Source of the DNA: a virus
IMG/VR virus record: IMGVR_UViG_3300000062_000468
Reading direction: 5' to 3' (one strand)
DNA length: 64,000 nucleotides
Shown: positions 31,057-40,015 of the stretch, one piece after another
Numbering within the stretch: the stretch's first letter is position 1
Layout: each line of letters opens with the position of its first letter
Notes under the pieces: generated by a model
Seen by the model: only the letters and a program-made list of their open reading frames with translations
Told to the model about the DNA's origin: nothing
Database searches by the model: none
Position numbers and translations under genes: made by a program

Positions 31057-31440
31057 CGTAAGTTTATTAAATTAACAAAATTAGAATAAATGAAGAATTG
31101 ATTATATAAGATGTTATTTGTCGTTATGATGTTTGTCTTTTTTGAAAATAGACATCTTTAGTATGTCAATTATCGTCAATTTGATGTCTGAAACATTATT
31201 GTTATCAACACAATGTATGACAATAAAACCAACGACAATTATTAGTATTGCTGTGTTACTTATAATCATTCAACCCTATCCTTTCTTTCGTTTTAGTGGC
31301 AATATGCGTGCCTACTACCAAGGGTAATTATAAAGGATATGTGGAAAAGTTACAACATAGTTTGACTTGCTTTTATTTATAGAAACTAAAAATCAACAAA
31401 CAAAAAAGAGAAAATAACAAGAGAAAAAGGAGAAATAATT

Positions 31441-32208
31441 ATGTGTCAATTTAAGTCAGGAGTAGTATTTAAAAACAGAGTGGTTTTAGCATCAAGAGAA
31501 AATGAGAGTCATTCAGCATTGCTAGAAAGTTTGGGGGTTGAAGATACTCGTGAAAATGCGTTGACAAAATTCGTTAGAGTGGAGTTAATTCCAAAAGACG
31601 ATAATAAAACAACAGATGTATCAGAGTGGAAATATATTGTAGACCAAGATGATACACCGCAATGGTATGACGAAGATACTGAAAGATATGAGCAAGAGTT
31701 TAGAGATGCGGTTAAAGAATGGTGGGAAGGTAAATTTGAAGAAATTTGCGGACACCCATGGACAGTGATGAAAGAAGATGAGCTGGGTACATATTATGTA
31801 CTTGATGGCATTACTGAAAGCGGTGAGTTTGGAGAGACAAACAATTACGAAATATCTGATACTCGTAAAAGGCTTAATGAAAGTAAACTAGTAAAAGATT
31901 TAATAGAGAAATTTGGCGACAGGTTAGTTCCAATTACGTTAGATTTAACCTCATTAGACGGACTGACCGATTATGGTGTTGTGGAAGGAGATTTAATTGC
32001 ACCGTTGACATTTGATTTATACAGAGATAATAGAAGATATGGTGGTATACCCAAACTTGATAAGGGATACTTTCTAGCAACCCCGGACTCAACACCTTCT
32101 GGATACGGTTCTCGCTATGTTCGGGGCGTCGACTCCGATGGTGGCGTGGACTACGACGGCTGTGGCTACTCCAGGGGCGTGCGTCCGTTTTTTATCTTAA
32201 AATCTTAA
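31441..32208 (+). CDS. Remote DGR target protein with C-terminal CLec-like (DUF6273-like) variable domain
   Basis: C-terminal ...DLTSLDGLTDYG...FLATPDSTPSG...GVRPFFILK is paralogous to 53010-53633 and contains VR2. Confidence 0.85.
   Translation: MCQFKSGVVFKNRVVLASRENESHSALLESLGVEDTRENALTKFVRVELIPKDDNKTTDVSEWKYIVDQDDTPQWYDEDTERYEQEFRDAVKEWWEGKFEEICGHPWTVMKEDELGTYYVLDGITESGEFGETNNYEISDTRKRLNESKLVKDLIEKFGDRLVPITLDLTSLDGLTDYGVVEGDLIAPLTFDLYRDNRRYGGIPKLDKGYFLATPDSTPSGYGSRYVRGVDSDGGVDYDGCGYSRGVRPFFILKS
32110..32192 (+). repeat. DGR variable repeat VR2
   Basis: Aligns without gaps to the TR at 54098-54180, with 16 mismatches at TR adenines and 1 T>G before the 3' divergence point. Confidence 0.9.
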
Positions 32209-32312
32209 ATCTTCGTATCTTCGACGAAGTAGAGGATAGCCGATAACGTTGGTGTGGGTGCGACAGCACCCGCTTCGACAACTTAAAAGCGACTGAAAGG
32301 AGCGTATGGTGT

Positions 32313-32537
32313 GTGTTTACAGAGATAGGCAGAGCGATATTAGCGAGAAAATTAATAGAAGATTTGATTATCGAAAAAGGATTTGGAGAATTAACGAAGG
32401 AAGATGCAAATTACATAGTGGAAAATTACGGACTTAAATATAAAGAGTTGATTGATGCTTATGAGTATTTCACATCTCACGAGGATCAAACAGAATTCAG
32501 AGAACAATATGTGGGAAATTTTGGAGGTGTAAAATGA
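32313..32537 (+). CDS. Hypothetical protein
   Basis: Uses the AAGGAG inside the post-VR conserved block as its RBS. Confidence 0.6.
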   Translation: MFTEIGRAILARKLIEDLIIEKGFGELTKEDANYIVENYGLKYKELIDAYEYFTSHEDQTEFREQYVGNFGGVK

Positions 32538-32794
32538 ATGAATCGTGGGTAGACCTTGATGAAGGTCAAAAAGAATATTTACAATTGAAAGAAATTGTTG
32601 AAACAAAGAAGTGTTCATTGCAAGAATTACACAAAGAACTTTATGGATATAACGAAGGGAGTTGTTGGTTTGATGTAGCTTACAAGTCAATTGTTGCTAC
32701 TATTAAACAAGTAAGTGGAAAATTTGTTCTGATGGATAAGTATAATGTGTATTCAGAAGACGGCGGTAGAAAATTGAGAGGTAAAAAGGCATAG
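32534..32794 (+). CDS. Hypothetical protein
   Basis: GGAGGT RBS; ATGA overlap with the upstream gene. Confidence 0.7.
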   Translation: MNESWVDLDEGQKEYLQLKEIVETKKCSLQELHKELYGYNEGSCWFDVAYKSIVATIKQVSGKFVLMDKYNVYSEDGGRKLRGKKA

Positions 32795-32880
32795 ATAACA
32801 AGTGGGGAATTTACCGTTGAATGTGAGTTCTATGAACATTTTAGATACGAATTAAATAATAAAAATAAAGGAGAATGTAA

Positions 32881-33153
32881 ATGAATAGAGAAAAATATGA
32901 ACATAGTGGAAAACAAATGAAAATCAAGAATTTTGTATCAAATGGACTCGCTGGAAAAATTATTGAGGTCGAAGATTATTGGGAAAATGTAAGTGGTAAA
33001 TCATGGATGTTATCAGATGGGAATATAGCGGCGATGAATTATGGATTCAGAACTGGCACACAAGGAGGTGTACCAATAAATGACGAAGTGGTTTATGGAA
33101 AAGTGGACGGATTGGGATATTTGCTTCATGTATCAGAATTGGAAGAAAAATAA
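32881..33153 (+). CDS. Hypothetical protein
   Basis: AAGGAG RBS. Confidence 0.7.
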   Translation: MNREKYEHSGKQMKIKNFVSNGLAGKIIEVEDYWENVSGKSWMLSDGNIAAMNYGFRTGTQGGVPINDEVVYGKVDGLGYLLHVSELEEK

Positions 33154-33156
33154 AAT

Positions 33157-33405
33157 ATGGACAATTATGGTAAACGAAGGCTGACAATTTGTATTGACGG
33201 AGAGTCGGCTGAAGGCTTATTTGCGGTTGGAATAGACGATTTGAAAAATTACTTTTTACCAGAAAATTTCGGAGTAGCTACTGGCGACGTCGAATCAATG
33301 ATTTTTACTCGATGTAAATTAGATGAAAACGGAAACGAATTACCACTTACAGTTTTTGGTGGTAAAAAATGGGAATATGATAGAGCGAAAAAACCAAATA
33401 AATGA
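33157..33405 (+). CDS. Hypothetical protein
   Basis: Co-oriented 82-aa ORF. Confidence 0.6.
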   Translation: MDNYGKRRLTICIDGESAEGLFAVGIDDLKNYFLPENFGVATGDVESMIFTRCKLDENGNELPLTVFGGKKWEYDRAKKPNK

Positions 33406-33436
33406 TTACTTTTACGGTAAATGGAAAGGAGTAGAT

Positions 33437-33712
33437 ATGAGTAAATCAAGTTTTACAACTATTGAAATATTAAATATTATGAATGGCGATATTCAACAGC
33501 CATTACACTATACAAAAAACGAACAAAACCAAGCGATTGTAGAAGCTGAGGAAGCGTTGGAGAAACAAACACCAATGATAGTAACCGAATACGAGGAAGA
33601 TAGAATTTTTTGTCCATCATGTAAGAGTGAACTATTATACGACACATACTTTGACGAGTTTCCTATTTATTGTGAAATATGTGGACAGCGACTTGTTGAA
33701 GAATCAAAGTAA
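33437..33712 (+). CDS. Zinc-ribbon protein
   Basis: ALEKQTP...CPSC...CEICGQRL; AAGGAG RBS before MSKSS. Confidence 0.7.
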   Translation: MSKSSFTTIEILNIMNGDIQQPLHYTKNEQNQAIVEAEEALEKQTPMIVTEYEEDRIFCPSCKSELLYDTYFDEFPIYCEICGQRLVEESK

Positions 33713-33773
33713 AAGAGCGTTTTTATGGACGAAAACCCTATAAATGACTGTTTTTACAGACAAGGAGAAGACG

Positions 33774-34223
33774 ATGAGAGAAATAATAGGAGATATTACA
33801 GAAATTACAAATGGAATCATAATGCACCAAGTAAATTGTCAAAATGTGATGGGGTCTGGTGTAGCAAGGGCATTATATGAAAAATATCCGCAAGTAAAGT
33901 CAGATTATCATAAATTTTGTGAAGGACAAAAGCCTAAGAAATTATTAGGATGTGTTCAGACTGTTTTCATTGATAGGAATTTGATAGTTGTTAATTCATT
34001 TACACAGTTGAATTTTGGAAAGGGTAATATTACAGGAGTTAAGTATACTGACGAAAAGTTGTTGATTAACAGTATTAAGGAGCTTGATAGCTTTGCAAAA
34101 GCAAGAAGCCAAACTGCGTATGTTCCTAAGTATATTGGTTGCTGTCAAGCTGGTGGCGACTGGGCGGCAATTGAATCGGCATTAAAAGAGACAGATATTG
34201 TTGTGGTTGGTTTACCTCAATAA
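33774..34223 (+). CDS. Macrodomain (Poa1p/DarG-like ADP-ribose hydrolase)
   Basis: GDI...HQVNCQNVMGSGVA...P.IGC..AGGDW. Confidence 0.9.
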   Translation: MREIIGDITEITNGIIMHQVNCQNVMGSGVARALYEKYPQVKSDYHKFCEGQKPKKLLGCVQTVFIDRNLIVVNSFTQLNFGKGNITGVKYTDEKLLINSIKELDSFAKARSQTAYVPKYIGCCQAGGDWAAIESALKETDIVVVGLPQ

Positions 34224-34254
34224 TAAAAAAATAAGAATAAAAGGAGAAAGAAGG

Positions 34255-35100
34255 ATGAATAGTATTAAAGGATATAAAGTATTTGAATCCGATTGGACTT
34301 GTAGAGATTTTCAGTATGAAGTAGGTAAAACTTATGAAATGGATGAAAAACCAATGTGTTGTGACAGGGGTTTTCATTTTTGCCCTGAATTAAAGGATTG
34401 TTTTAATTATTACAGTTTTGACCCTGAAAATAAGATTGCTGAAATTATCGCCGAAGGCGAGGTTGATGGAAAACGCAATGGCGATAAGGGTTGTACTAAC
34501 AAGATAACGATAGTTAGAGAATTGACATGGGAAGAAGTGTTGCGAATGGTAAACATTGGAAAAGGAAATGCAGGACTTTGCAACAGTGGCAATTGGAACA
34601 GTGGCAATTGCAATAGCGGCAATTGGAACAGTGGCAATTGCAATAGCGGTAATTGCAATAGTGGCAATTGGAACAGTGGTAATCGGAACAGCGGTGATTG
34701 GAACAGCGGCAATTGGAACAGTGGTGATTGGAACAAGACTTGCTTTTCCAACGGATGCTTTAACACCGAAGAACCAACAATCTTCTTATTCAATAAACCT
34801 TCTGATTGGACTTATCACAAGTGGCTTAATTCAGAAGCACGGCGGTTATTGAACTGTATCCCCAAGGATGTTGTTGAATGGATTTGGTCAAGAAATATGA
34901 CCGAAGAAGAAAAAACCGTACATCTTGAACATGAAACAACAGAAGGATATTTGAAAGTGCTTGATGAATCAGAAAGTGTGCAAGTTTGGTGGATTAGTTT
35001 ACCAGAACGTGATAAAAACACAATTCTAAGTATTCCAAATTTTGATGCTGCGATTTTTAAGCAGATTACGGAAATCGATGTTGATCAATTAGGAGAGTGA
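34255..35100 (+). CDS. Phage protein with GNWNS pentapeptide repeats
   Basis: N-terminal KGYKVF..CRDFQYEVGK..CDRGFHFC domain followed by 11 pentapeptide repeats. Confidence 0.85.
   Translation: MNSIKGYKVFESDWTCRDFQYEVGKTYEMDEKPMCCDRGFHFCPELKDCFNYYSFDPENKIAEIIAEGEVDGKRNGDKGCTNKITIVRELTWEEVLRMVNIGKGNAGLCNSGNWNSGNCNSGNWNSGNCNSGNCNSGNWNSGNRNSGDWNSGNWNSGDWNKTCFSNGCFNTEEPTIFLFNKPSDWTYHKWLNSEARRLLNCIPKDVVEWIWSRNMTEEEKTVHLEHETTEGYLKVLDESESVQVWWISLPERDKNTILSIPNFDAAIFKQITEIDVDQLGE
34576..34737 (+). repeat. 15-bp tandem repeat (AAYAGYGGYRATYGS)
   Basis: About 11 units encoding G-N/D-W/C/R-N-S. Confidence 0.9.
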
Positions 35101-35149
35101 CAACTGAAGAGCAGTTTGGTTGGTAGAAGAAAGGAGATGATGAGCTGTA

Positions 35150-36256
35150 TATAAAGCATATAAATATAGAATATATCCAAATAAGTTTCAAATAGAATTA
35201 ATACAAAAGACTTTTGGATGCTGTAGGTTTGTTTATAATCAAATGTTAGAGTACAAGCAAAAGAAATATAAAGAAGGTGGAATGACTTTGACTGATTACG
35301 AATGTAAAAACTATATGGTTCGCACGTTAAAGAAAGAGTACGAATGGTTAAAAGAGCCTGATAAATGGGCTTTAGATAATTCGGTATTTAATATGTGCAA
35401 GGCTTATAAGAATTTCTTTAAGGAAAAGAATAAAGGGTTTCCAAAATTCAAAAGTAAACATAGAAGTAAAAAATCTTATATGACAACATGTGTACCAACG
35501 GGAAATACTTATAATATTGTAGTGGATTTTGAAGAGCATAAGATTAAGCTTCCAAAATTATGTTTAGTGAAGTATAAGGGTAGCTTGTGTTTTAAAGGAG
35601 TGATCAAATCAGCTACAATATCACAGCGTCCATCTGGAAAGTATTATGTGTCAGTTCTTGTTGATGAAAATACCGATTTAACCAAACCAGAAATCACAAA
35701 CAAAATTGGAATAGATTTAGGTTTGTCTAATTTTGCAATATTATCTACGGGCGAGAAGGTTAACAACCCAAAACATCTATACAAATCGGAGCAACAACTG
35801 AAATAATTACAACGAGCTTATTGTAGAAAGAAGAAAGATTCTAAGAACAAAGAGAAGGCGAGGATATTACTTGCTAAGAAACACGAAAAGATAGCTAATC
35901 AAAGAAAGGATTTTTCAAACAAACTTTCAAAACGGCTAATAGACGAAAACCAAGTTATAGTCATAGAGAAGTTGAGAACACAGAATATGATGAGCAATCA
36001 CAAATTAGCAAAATCAATAAGTGATGTTGGGTGGGGAGAATTCACTAGACAACTTAAATACAAGGCTGAATGGTACGGCAGAGAAGTTATAGAAGCCGAC
36101 ACATTTTATCCATCGAGTCAGATCTGTTCAGAATGTGGACATAGAGATGGAAAGAAAAAATTACATATTAGAGAGTGGACTTGTAGTAAATGCGGTGTGG
36201 TTCACGACAGAGATATAAATGCTGCTAAGAATTTACTAGCGTTAGCAGGGGAATAG
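35150..36256 (+). pseudogene. tnpB: IS200/IS605-family TnpB with one internal TAA (35804-35806) and no intact start
   Basis: KAYKYRIYP HTH, RuvC GIDLGL / IEKL / DRDINAA, and zinc finger CSECG..CSKCG. The frame continues across the stop. Confidence 0.9.
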
Positions 36257-36437
36257 GAAACTAAAAACAATAGGGTGTGATATACGCTTTGGTAAATAGG
36301 AATAGCTAATAGCAGTATTCCGTTCCCAGAAGGGAGTTTATAGAAATTTTATAAAACCCAATATAATGAGAATTTGCTAGTAAATAAAAGTTAATAGCCA
36401 CATATGACTGATGTGACTGGTTGAAAGGAAGGTAAAA

Positions 36438-36926
36438 ATGAAAGACAGTGTATATTTTGAAGTATTGAAGGATAGCGACTTGTATAGAGATTATTTTGAA
36501 TGGATGTCAGACAACACCACAGTTAGTAATGCGGTTGATATTGTGAGAAAGGAATTTGGTGTAGAAACAAGTTCTTTCTATGCAGTTAGAGATTATTTGC
36601 TGATTAATCCTACTCCCAAGGACAGAAAAAAATTTGCGTCATACTTAATGAAAACAAAAGACGGACGATTCAAAAAGGCATCAGACATGAGCAAGCGTTG
36701 GGTGGAATTATTAAAAGATGTAAAATATGTTAGAAAACCGCAATTGTATTACTATCTAAGAATTGTTGGGAGATGGACGGAAAGATTATTTCATCACCAA
36801 AATAAACTGTATGGACAGATAGGGGTAGAGGTGGATGGAGAGATTGGCACTATACCTGAAAGCTTTGTAGAAATGAAAGCCAGTGAATTTTATAAAATTG
36901 TGGAGACATTAGAATTGGGAAAGTGA
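36438..36926 (+). CDS. Hypothetical protein
   Basis: AAGGAAGG RBS, 162 aa. Confidence 0.75.
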   Translation: MKDSVYFEVLKDSDLYRDYFEWMSDNTTVSNAVDIVRKEFGVETSSFYAVRDYLLINPTPKDRKKFASYLMKTKDGRFKKASDMSKRWVELLKDVKYVRKPQLYYYLRIVGRWTERLFHHQNKLYGQIGVEVDGEIGTIPESFVEMKASEFYKIVETLELGK

Positions 36927-36933
36927 GATAAAG

Positions 36934-37197
36934 ATGATATTTAAAAGAAAATATAAAACTGGTAAAAAAGAAGTTAAAATATCGAAAATCAAACTCAAAG
37001 ATGGTTTTGTAGATACAGTACCAGGAGTACCAAGGTTTATAGAGAAGTATCGAATATTCAAGCAGTGGGGCGGTAAATCGCTAATGGGTTTTAATCCAAT
37101 TGTGGTATCAGAGGATTTAACACTACAAGATGGATATGTTACGTATTTGATTTTGAAAATGTTTGATTATAAGAAAGTGGATGTGACTGTAGAATAG
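36934..37197 (+). CDS. Hypothetical protein with a ParB-like PIVV..DGY motif
   Basis: PIVVSEDLTLQDGYVTY. Confidence 0.55.
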   Translation: MIFKRKYKTGKKEVKISKIKLKDGFVDTVPGVPRFIEKYRIFKQWGGKSLMGFNPIVVSEDLTLQDGYVTYLILKMFDYKKVDVTVE

Positions 37198-37223
37198 CAA
37201 AAGTCAGAAAGAGAGGTCTTATT

Positions 37224-37946
37224 GTGAGTGTATTGGTAAAAAGAGAAAAAAATAATATAGTAGAATTCACGATTATAAGTGGTGGTAAAGGTGAAAACAG
37301 AACTAATCAGCCCATAAAAGTTAATAGAACTCAGACTATGACACCTTTAACATTGGAAGAAGTGCAAAAATTAAAAGCCACTCTTTTTCATGCGTTTAAG
37401 AATGCGAAAACAGAAACAAAACGCAGACAAAAGGCTAGAAATATTGTATTACTAATTACGGCGTTGAATGTTGGCTTTCGAGGTTCGGATATGACAACAT
37501 TAAGCTGGTCAGATTTATACAATAGTGATGGGACATTTAGAGATGATGATAGTATGATGAATCAAATGAAGACTAAGTACACCCAGCACTTTATAATCAA
37601 TGATGCAGTTAAGGGGATTTTCAATTGGTATGTTGATTTATTTGATATAAACACATCTTCAAATAGTTATATATTTTTAAGTCAACAGAATAAACCAATG
37701 GATGTAGAACGTATGTCACAAATTATTAAGGAGTCTGCAAAGGCTGCCGGAATAAAAAGAAGAGTGGCTACACACACGCCACGAAAAACGTTGGGCAGAC
37801 AAATTGTGGAGCAGAATAATGGGCATATAGATGCTTTAAATGCGGTTAGAATGTTACTGGGACAAAAAAGCATAGCATCAACAATGCATTATATTTGTAC
37901 ACCTAGAGATATTATACGGCAGTATTCTGAAGCGCTAGAAATGTAA
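37224..37946 (+). CDS. Tyrosine recombinase, catalytic domain only
   Basis: R in NVGFRGSD, THTPRK, LLGQ, and Y in TMHYI. Confidence 0.85.
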   Translation: MSVLVKREKNNIVEFTIISGGKGENRTNQPIKVNRTQTMTPLTLEEVQKLKATLFHAFKNAKTETKRRQKARNIVLLITALNVGFRGSDMTTLSWSDLYNSDGTFRDDDSMMNQMKTKYTQHFIINDAVKGIFNWYVDLFDINTSSNSYIFLSQQNKPMDVERMSQIIKESAKAAGIKRRVATHTPRKTLGRQIVEQNNGHIDALNAVRMLLGQKSIASTMHYICTPRDIIRQYSEALEM

Positions 37947-37969
37947 AATTGAAATCAATTATTGATTAA

Positions 37970-37998
37970 GAAAGGATTACCAAACGGTAGTCCTTTTA
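37970..37998 (+). terminator. Intrinsic terminator
   Basis: AAAGGATTACC-AAAC-GGTAGTCCTTTT. Confidence 0.65.
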
Positions 37999-38148
37999 TA
38001 ATACGAAAAACAAGGAGAAAATATGACGCAAATTATTAGAAGATACTACCCAGTGTTTATTCGTGAAAATCCAGAAGAAAAAAGTGATTACAAATATTTA
38101 GTGTATGTACTAGATTTAAAATTATGGACGCAAGGAAAAACATTATGA

Positions 38149-38430
38149 GTGACATTTTATGGAGAAAAGGAGGATTTAAATATGACAACGAAGAAGTTTC
38201 TTGCAGAACTAGATAGATTAGATATACCATACAGAGAAGACCAAGATAAAGATGATAAACATAGAGTTATTATTTACAATGATGGTGTAACATTGGTTGT
38301 ATTGTATCCAGATGATTACTCTATAAGTTGGAAATTTAATCTTAGGGAAATTTACCAATATGAAGACAAAGATACACTAATTGAACTATTGTGTAAATAT
38401 GATTTGAGAGATCCGAGAGATAGGTGGTAG
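38149..38430 (+). CDS. Hypothetical protein
   Basis: GGAGG RBS before MTTKK. Confidence 0.6.
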   Translation: MTFYGEKEDLNMTTKKFLAELDRLDIPYREDQDKDDKHRVIIYNDGVTLVVLYPDDYSISWKFNLREIYQYEDKDTLIELLCKYDLRDPRDRW

Positions 38431-38510
38431 TACAGGCAGGGTAGAAATAATATTTCATTGGCTTTTAAGACCAAAGTTGATATAATCGTAATACAGAAAG
38501 AGGTGTAGTT

Positions 38511-39040
38511 ATGAAATTTTCAGATATAAAACCATTCATACGAGCCGGAAGTTATGAAGTTGATATAACTTTAGATTATTTAGAAACGTGGATTGAAAGA
38601 CACGAAAAATTCAGGGGTTAGAGTTAAATACTGATTTTCAACGAGGACACGTATGGACAGAACAACAACAAGTTGCATATATAGAGTTCTTTTTAAGGGG
38701 AGGGGTCACAGGAAGAGTGATATATTTCAATTCTCCTAGTTGGATGGGTGATTATTCACACCCATTACAATGTGTTGATGGATTACAACGCCTTACTGCA
38801 TTGATAAGATTTTTAAAGGACGAAATAAAAGCATTTGGGTATTATTATTCTGAGTACGAAGGTCATCCCAGTCATCATAGTATGACACTTAAAGTTAATA
38901 TTAACTCGTTGCAAACTAGAGAAGAAGTGTTGGAGTGGTATTTACAATTCAACTCTGGAGGAACTATTCATAGTGAAGATGAACTAAATAAAGTAAGAAA
39001 ATTATTAGAAGAAGAAAAGAATAAAAGTAACGAGAGGTAA
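38511..39040 (+). CDS. Standalone DUF262 (ParB/Srx-like, GmrS-type) domain protein, one frameshift
   Basis: DFQRGHVW and CVDGLQRLT motifs. The ATG 38511 frame shifts near 38605. Confidence 0.75.
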
Positions 39041-39122
39041 AAGACTGTTTTATAATAGCAGTCTTTTTTATTACCGTGAAAATTCTATTTTATAGACGGT
39101 TTGAAGAAAGATAAGGTGAAGT

Positions 39123-39596
39123 ATGATTTTTAAGAAATGTAGATGTGAATATAAAGAAACAGAGCGAACAGGTCGAGGAGGTTACCAGCCAATAGAAGGT
39201 AATGCAACAAGTAGACCGCCAAATATTGGTAGTATGGTGGTGACAAGATGTTCAATGGACTCAGAGTTTGTTAGAAGTTTAAGAGATAATGTTGATAGAT
39301 TTGAAAAAATAAAAAGGAATAAGTTCTTAAAATTGTTTAATGAGTGGTGTCCCTATTTTGAAACTATGTTACAGACACAATCATCAAAAGGGTTAGATGA
39401 ATTAGACATATCAAAATCAGACTTTGATGATTGTTTTAAGGAGTTATTGGTTAGTACAAATGAAAGATATTTAGTTGATGAAGTTTATAAGCGATATAAA
39501 GGCTTGTCGGTGTATTATTATAAGAAAAGATACTATGAAGGCATGAGTGTTATTAAGATAGAACATCGCCTTTATGGTAGTTGGAAATACTCATAA
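39123..39596 (+). CDS. Hypothetical protein
   Basis: 157-aa co-oriented ORF. Confidence 0.6.
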   Translation: MIFKKCRCEYKETERTGRGGYQPIEGNATSRPPNIGSMVVTRCSMDSEFVRSLRDNVDRFEKIKRNKFLKLFNEWCPYFETMLQTQSSKGLDELDISKSDFDDCFKELLVSTNERYLVDEVYKRYKGLSVYYYKKRYYEGMSVIKIEHRLYGSWKYS

Positions 39597-39651
39597 ATTT
39601 GGATTTTTGTTGGGTTTTGTGTATTATAAGGTCAATAGGAGGTATTGAGTA

Positions 39652-39942
39652 ATGACGATTTTTGAATACAAAATGGGTAATTATGATGACGATTTGAAAT
39701 GTATTAGATTAGAAGGATTTGAAGAAAAGCCAAAGAGCTATAAAAGTGAACGTAGAATAATAAAGAAAGATAATATTGGTAAGATGATTAGTTATTATGG
39801 AATGGCTATGAGTGTTTATTTGTTGGAAGAAAATGAAAAAGAAGCTAAGAAAATATTTACCAATCACATTGAGAAGCTTAAGCAATCGGCTATTGAGAAA
39901 GTAGAGTTGAGAGAAAGGCAATTGAGGGCAGTTCAAGAATAA
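39652..39942 (+). CDS. Hypothetical protein
   Basis: GGAGGT RBS. Confidence 0.7.
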   Translation: MTIFEYKMGNYDDDLKCIRLEGFEEKPKSYKSERRIIKKDNIGKMISYYGMAMSVYLLEENEKEAKKIFTNHIEKLKQSAIEKVELRERQLRAVQE

Positions 39943-40015
39943 GTAATAGTGTAGAGTAATGAAAATGAATCTTAGATATAGGGTTCATTTTTATTGCTCA
40001 AAATGGAGGATAAAA

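Noticed and set aside
21611-32912. GTGGAAA enrichment as a Val-Glu or Trp-Lys codon artefact
   Set aside because: At least ten copies are intergenic, the coding copies occur in different frames, and the similarly composed 33-64 kb region has very few.
34576-34737. Tandem repeats as a CRISPR array or DGR repeat
   Set aside because: The units are contiguous, in-frame 15-mers with no spacers, they encode a pentapeptide repeat, and they show no similarity to the TR. I saw no CRISPR array or cas gene anywhere in the window.
28433-35806. Stop-codon reassignment suggested by in-frame TAA in tnpB and the toxin copy
   Set aside because: TAA, TAG and TGA all terminate well-conserved genes normally, coding density is high under the standard code, and no suppressor tRNA was found.
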